Shown here: positions 59,707 to 64,000 of the stretch, piece after piece | How positions within the stretch are numbered: position 1 is the stretch's first letter | How the letters are laid out: every line of letters begins with the position of its first letter | Source: Verrucomicrobiia bacterium | Lineage (GTDB): Bacteria > Omnitrophota > Omnitrophia > Omnitrophales > Aquincolibacteriaceae | Assembly: GCA_035495615.1 (NCBI GenBank) | Contig: DATJFP010000047.1 | Coordinates: forward strand, 4,106-68,105 | Length of the DNA: 64,000 nt | Reading direction: 5' to 3' | The notes under the pieces: generated by a model | The model's database searches: none | What the model was told of the DNA's origin: nothing | Seen by the model: only the letters and a program-made list of their open reading frames with translations | Position numbers and translations under genes: made by a program

Positions 59707-60819
59707 ATGGAAACCCTGATGAATCCCGCTTACAAAAGTTACGTCGAAGACATCCACCCGTACAAGCCGGGCAAGCCCATCAAAGAAGTAGAACGCGAGC
59801 TGGGCCTGCGCAACGTGATCAAGCTGGCCTCGAACGAGAATCCGCTCGGGCCGTCCCGCAAAGCGCTCTGGGCGATGCGGCGCGCGATCCGCGAGGCGCA
59901 CCTGTATCCGGAAGGCTCCGGCTTTTATCTCGTGAAGCGGCTGGAACAGGAGCTGGGGATTCCGACGAGCCAGATCCTGATCGGCAACGGCTCCAACGAA
60001 ATCCTCGAGCTTTTGTCCCGCGGCTTTTTGTCGCCGGGCGACCAGATCATTTCGTCCCAGACGTCGTTTCTCGTGTACCCGATCCTGGCCAAAGCCTGCG
60101 GCGCGGATTTCGTCGAAGTGCCCATGAAGGATTTCCGCTACGACCTGGAAGGTATCCTGAAGGCGGTGACCGACAAAACGAAAATCATTTTCATCGCCAA
60201 TCCTAACAATCCGACCGGCACGTACGTGACCGACAAGGAAGTCGCAGCGTTTCTGGCCAAGGTGCCGCCGCATGTGATCGTATGTTTCGACGAAGCGTAC
60301 GTTGATTTCGTGGACGCGCATGATTTCCCGCGCGTCATCGAATACGTTCAGGAGCGCCGGCCGAACGTCATCGTCATGCGCACTTTTTCCAAGTCGTACG
60401 GCCTTGCGGGCCTGCGCATCGGCTATGCGGCGGGGGACCCGAAGATGATCGGCTACCTGCACAAGGTGCGCCAGCCGTTTAACGTAAATTCCATTGCCCA
60501 GGCCGCGGCTACGGCAGCGCTGGACGACCGGTTTTTCCTCTGGCGGACGAAACACTGCGTGACCGCGGGCCGCCGCTTCTTTTATAGAAGGTTCGACCTG
60601 ATGGGGCTCAAGTACCTGCCCAGCCAGGCGAATTTCGTGCTCGTGGATACAGGATGCGACGGCGACGAAGTATTTCAGGCGCTGCTCAAGCAGGGCATGA
60701 TCATCCGTTCCATGAAAGAATACGGGCTGCAGACCTGGATCCGCGTTTCGATCGGGCGTCGCAGCCAGAACGCTCAGTTCATCCGGCTTTTGAAATCTTA
60801 TCTCAGAAAAGGAATTTAA
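59707..60819 (+). CDS. hisC: Histidinol-phosphate / aromatic aminotransferase (class II PLP)
   Basis: [23 protein letters not shown]-Lys region [15 protein letters not shown]. Confidence 0.85.
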   Translation: METLMNPAYKSYVEDIHPYKPGKPIKEVERELGLRNVIKLASNENPLGPSRKALWAMRRAIREAHLYPEGSGFYLVKRLEQELGIPTSQILIGNGSNEILELLSRGFLSPGDQIISSQTSFLVYPILAKACGADFVEVPMKDFRYDLEGILKAVTDKTKIIFIANPNNPTGTYVTDKEVAAFLAKVPPHVIVCFDEAYVDFVDAHDFPRVIEYVQERRPNVIVMRTFSKSYGLAGLRIGYAAGDPKMIGYLHKVRQPFNVNSIAQAAATAALDDRFFLWRTKHCVTAGRRFFYRRFDLMGLKYLPSQANFVLVDTGCDGDEVFQALLKQGMIIRSMKEYGLQTWIRVSIGRRSQNAQFIRLLKSYLRKGI

Positions 60820-60820
60820 T

Positions 60821-61837
60821 ATGATCATCGTGATGCGGGAAACCGCGACCCCGGAAGAAATCAATCACATTTGCGAAAAGGTGAAAGAGCTCGGCCTCAC
60901 GCCGCAGGTCTCGCGCGGCGTTGCGCGCACCATTATCGGCGTGATCGGCGAAGAAGAAAAAATCATGGTCAAGCCCCTGGAGGCTTTCCCGGGCGTGGAT
61001 TCGGTCATGCCCATCCAGAAGCCGTACAAATTGGCGAGCCGGCATTTCAAAAACGAGCCCAGCGAATTCGACATGGGCAACGGCGTGATCGTGGGCGGCA
61101 AGCAGATCCACGTGATGGCCGGGCCGTGCTCCGTGGAAGGCCGCGAGATGCTCATGCAGACCGCGGCTGCCGTAAAAAAGGCGGGCGCCACCTTCCTTCG
61201 CGGCGGCGCGTTCAAGCCGCGCACGTCTCCGTACTCGTTCCAGGGCCTCGGAGAAGAGGGCCTGAAATACCTGCGCGAGGCCGCGGATGAACACGGACTG
61301 CTGGTCGTGACCGAAGTCATGGATACCCGCAGTGTGGAGCTCGTGTGCCAGTATGCGGACATGCTGCAGATCGGCGCGCGCAACATGCAGAACTTTGACC
61401 TCCTGAAAGAATGCGGTTCCGCGAAGAAGCCTGTGCTGCTCAAGCGCGGGCTTTCCGCCACGATCCAGGAACTGCTGCTTTCGGCGGAATACCTTTTGTC
61501 CAAAGGCAATTTCAAGGTGCTGCTCGGCGAGCGGGGCATCCGGACTTTCGAAACCGCGACGCGCAACACCATCGACATCAACGCCATTCCCGTGGTGAAG
61601 GAAGAAACGCATCTGCCCATCCTGGTGGATCCTTCGCACGGCACGGGCAAGCGCACGTACGTCCTGCCCATCGCGCGCGCGGCCATTGCGGCGGGATGCG
61701 ACGCGATCATGGTGGAAGTGCATCCCAAGCCGGAAGAGGCGCGTTCGGACGGCCCGCAGTCCCAGCGCTTCGACCAATTCGAAGCCATGATGAAGGACCT
61801 CCGCGTGATCGCCCAGGCGGTCGGCCGTACGCTCTAA
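60821..61837 (+). CDS. aroF: 3-deoxy-7-phosphoheptulonate (DAHP) synthase, class I-beta with N-terminal ACT/ferredoxin-like regulatory domain
   Basis: Core [14 protein letters not shown] ... LLKRG ... ILVDPSHG. About 70-aa N-terminal extension as in Thermotoga-type enzymes. Confidence 0.85.
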   Translation: MIIVMRETATPEEINHICEKVKELGLTPQVSRGVARTIIGVIGEEEKIMVKPLEAFPGVDSVMPIQKPYKLASRHFKNEPSEFDMGNGVIVGGKQIHVMAGPCSVEGREMLMQTAAAVKKAGATFLRGGAFKPRTSPYSFQGLGEEGLKYLREAADEHGLLVVTEVMDTRSVELVCQYADMLQIGARNMQNFDLLKECGSAKKPVLLKRGLSATIQELLLSAEYLLSKGNFKVLLGERGIRTFETATRNTIDINAIPVVKEETHLPILVDPSHGTGKRTYVLPIARAAIAAGCDAIMVEVHPKPEEARSDGPQSQRFDQFEAMMKDLRVIAQAVGRTL

Positions 61838-61844
61838 TCTGAAT

Positions 61845-62672
61845 ATGAACCCTAAAAAGATAACGATTGTCGGTCTTGGCCTCATGGGCGGCTCCCTTGC
61901 CGCCGCGTGCCGGAAGAAATTTCCCCGCGCGCGCGTGACCGGCGTGAGCCGCAGCCGGGAAGCGCTCCGCTCGGCCCTGAAGAAGAAATGGATTCATGCC
62001 GCGAGCCGCGATCTGGCCGGGGGCGTCAGGGGCGCGGACCTCGTGATCCTCTGCACGCCCGTCGATACCTTTCCCCGTATCCTCAAAGAGATCGACCGCC
62101 ATGCCCGTCCGGGCACGCTGGTGACCGATGTCGGCAGCATCAAGGGAGCGGTGCTTCGCGGACGGCGGAAGAATATCACCTTTGTCGGCGCGCATCCCAT
62201 GGTGGGTTCGCATGAGCGGGGCCTTGCCGCGGCGAATCCGAGACTTTATGAGGGCGGCCTGATCTTCGTGATCAAGCCGGAAAAGCGGGCGGAGCTCGGC
62301 GCTTTCCGCAAAATCCGCGGGTTCTGGAATAAAATATCGCACCGGATCGTCGAAGTTTCAGCGGGGCGCCACGACAAAGTGGTGGGGGAGATCAGCCATT
62401 TGCCGCATGCCGCTGCGGCCTGTCTTTTAATGAGTGTCGATCCCGGTTCCGTGCCTTTTGCGGCTTCGGGATTCCGGGATACGACACGGATCGCGGCCTC
62501 AGATCCTTCGATTTGGAGGCCGATTTTCATGGGTAATGCACGCGCTGTAGCCCTTGCGCTGCAACGGTTCGAAAAGGAACTGGCCCATTTTCGCACCCGG
62601 CTCGTACGGGGCGATGGCAAGGCCGTCGGACGGTTCCTTCAAAAAGCCAGCCGGCGCCGACAGCAAATTTAG
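61845..62672 (+). CDS. tyrA: Prephenate (or arogenate) dehydrogenase
   Basis: Rossmann ITIVGLGLMGGSLA. Catalytic region GAHPMVGSHERG. 275 aa. Confidence 0.8.
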   Translation: MNPKKITIVGLGLMGGSLAAACRKKFPRARVTGVSRSREALRSALKKKWIHAASRDLAGGVRGADLVILCTPVDTFPRILKEIDRHARPGTLVTDVGSIKGAVLRGRRKNITFVGAHPMVGSHERGLAAANPRLYEGGLIFVIKPEKRAELGAFRKIRGFWNKISHRIVEVSAGRHDKVVGEISHLPHAAAACLLMSVDPGSVPFAASGFRDTTRIAASDPSIWRPIFMGNARAVALALQRFEKELAHFRTRLVRGDGKAVGRFLQKASRRRQQI

Positions 62673-62674
62673 CT

Positions 62675-62701
62675 TTGAAATTAAAGGGTTTATGCTACAA
62701 T
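62675..62701 (+). promoter_or_regulatory. Candidate rpsA promoter: -35 TTGAAA (62675-62680), extended -10 TGcTACAAT (62693-62701)
   Basis: Motifs as stated. GGAGG RBS at 62727-62731 before ATG 62742. Confidence 0.45.
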
Positions 62702-62741
62702 ACCACGCTAAAATTCAAATGATTCGGAGGCTTTCTCATTT

Positions 62742-64000
62742 ATGACTTCCCAGTTCGCTGAACTTTTCGAAAAAAGCATGCAGGCCCTCAAGGAAGGGGA
62801 GCTTGCGAAAGGTACGATCGTCGCGGTACGCCCGAAAGAAGTGGTCATCGATATCGGTTATAAGGCCGAAGGCATTATCAGCCTTGATGAATTCAGCAAG
62901 CCGGAGGAACTCAAGGTCGGGCAGCAGCTCGAAGTCCTTTTCGAATCGTTCGACGACGAAGCCGGCCATGCCGTGCTGTCGAAACGCAAGGCCGACCGCC
63001 AGCGCACCTGGAACAACATCATCGACCATGCCAACGAAGGCAGCGTCGTGGAAGGCAAGATCTTCAAGAAGGTCCGCGGCGGTTTCATGGTGGACATCGG
63101 CATGGAAGCGTTCCTCCCGGCGTCCCTCGTCGACCTCAAGCCGACCCGCAATCTCGACCAGTATCTCGGCCTCGAATGCAAGTTCGTGATCGCCAAGATC
63201 AACCACAAGCGCAAGAACATCGTGGTTTCCCGCAAGGATTACCTCGGCATCGAAAAGCAGGAAGCCCGCCTCAAGAAGCTGGGCACGCTGACCGAAGGCG
63301 CGGTGGTCAAGGGGCGTGTGAAGAACATCACGGACTTCGGCGTTTTCGTGGACCTCGGCGACCTCGACGGTCTCCTCCATATCACCGATATGAGCTGGGG
63401 CCGCATTTCGCATCCTTCCGAACTCGTGAAGCTCGGCGATGAGATCGAAGTCGTCGTGATCGCGATCGACCAGACGAACAAGAAAGTCTCCCTCGGCATG
63501 AAGCAGAAGAGCCAGAACCCGTGGGTCGGCATTGAAAACCGCTACACGTCCGGCGGCCAGGTTCGCGGCAAAGTCGTGAACATCCTGCCGTACGGCGCGT
63601 TCGTGGAACTCGAGCCCGGCGTCGAAGGTCTCGTCCACATCAGCGAGCTTTCGTGGACCAAGCGCGTCAGCCATCCGTCCGAACTCCTCAAGATCGGCGA
63701 CCAGGTCGAAGTGGTCGTTCTGAATCTCGATAAAGACGGCAAGAAAATTTCTCTCGGCATCAAGCAGGCCCAGGAAAATCCGTGGGTCAAGGTGCAGGAC
63801 AAGTACCAGGTGGGCGATCGCGTGAAGGGCACGGTGCGCAATCTCACCGATTACGGCGCGTTCGTGGAACTGGAGCCGGGCATCGACGGCCTCGTCCACA
63901 TTTCCGATCTTTCCTGGACGCACAAAGTCACGCGTCCCAGCGAAATCCTGAAGAAAGGCGACGCGGTCGAGGTCATGATCCTCTCGATCGATCCCGACGC
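62742..64000 (+). CDS. rpsA: 30S ribosomal protein S1, 3' partial (runs off window)
   Basis: N-terminal domain plus successive S1 repeats (GTIVAVRPKEVVIDIGYKAEGII; GKIFKKVRGGFMVDIGMEAFLP; GAVVKGRVKNITDFGVFVDLG...). No stop before 64000. Confidence 0.9.
   Translation, partial: MTSQFAELFEKSMQALKEGELAKGTIVAVRPKEVVIDIGYKAEGIISLDEFSKPEELKVGQQLEVLFESFDDEAGHAVLSKRKADRQRTWNNIIDHANEGSVVEGKIFKKVRGGFMVDIGMEAFLPASLVDLKPTRNLDQYLGLECKFVIAKINHKRKNIVVSRKDYLGIEKQEARLKKLGTLTEGAVVKGRVKNITDFGVFVDLGDLDGLLHITDMSWGRISHPSELVKLGDEIEVVVIAIDQTNKKVSLGMKQKSQNPWVGIENRYTSGGQVRGKVVNILPYGAFVELEPGVEGLVHISELSWTKRVSHPSELLKIGDQVEVVVLNLDKDGKKISLGIKQAQENPWVKVQDKYQVGDRVKGTVRNLTDYGAFVELEPGIDGLVHISDLSWTHKVTRPSEILKKGDAVEVMILSIDPD

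Overview
This is a 64-kb, GC-rich (about 60%) bacterial chromosomal window in which every gene I can support lies on the + strand; no minus-strand ORF survives scrutiny. Genes are tightly packed, with many 1-11 bp start/stop overlaps. In order, the window contains: (1) The 3' 8.2 kb of a giant gene (over 2,700 aa visible; the 5' end is off-window) made of about 25 tandem ~90-aa Ig-like beta-sandwich repeats. These are organised in a ~2.1-kb higher-order repeat, with a non-repeat C-terminal module. (2) A single translationally coupled gene string from 8198 to 23470. It runs signal-peptide/TM protein, then an F-type ATPase set (epsilon-like, c, b/delta fusion, alpha, gamma, beta; no a-subunit gene). 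The beta stop codon overlaps the GTG start of a stand-alone MshEN-type domain protein. Next come a T2SS/type-IV-filament-like machine (GspE/PilB ATPase, GspF/PilC, major pseudopilin, three minor pseudopilins including a GspK-like one, a GspL-like PilM-PilN fusion, a GspM/PilO-like protein) and two periplasmic proteins. No secretin, GspC or prepilin peptidase is in the cluster. (3) Housekeeping genes glyQ, glyS, ppdK, a sigma-70 family factor and apt. (4) tRNA-Arg(CCT), then a low-GC spacer carrying copies of the tRNA 3' end, then a 1,992-aa secreted, almost entirely coiled-coil giant protein. (5) A 5-formyltetrahydrofolate cyclo-ligase (MTHFS) gene, xseAB, ispA, dxs, nadK, a CheY-like receiver, gltX, a HIT protein, and an HTH+REC response regulator. 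(6) tRNA-Gln(CTG), a small ORF, and tRNA-Leu(GAG), followed by a ~230-nt hairpin-rich segment ending in a canonical intrinsic terminator (candidate sRNA). (7) A phosphohexomutase, manC, an RlmI-like methyltransferase, an acyl-CoA dehydrogenase, a sulfite/nitrite reductase hemoprotein, trpS (with a textbook sigma-70 promoter), scpAB, an aromatic amino-acid cluster (pheA, hisC, DAHP synthase, tyrA) and the start of rpsA. I found no CRISPR array, rRNA, transposase or integrase. The most unusual content is the ATPase-T2SS-like supra-operon next to the giant repeat adhesin-like gene, and the tRNA-flanked giant coiled-coil gene. I cannot assign the organism from sequence alone.
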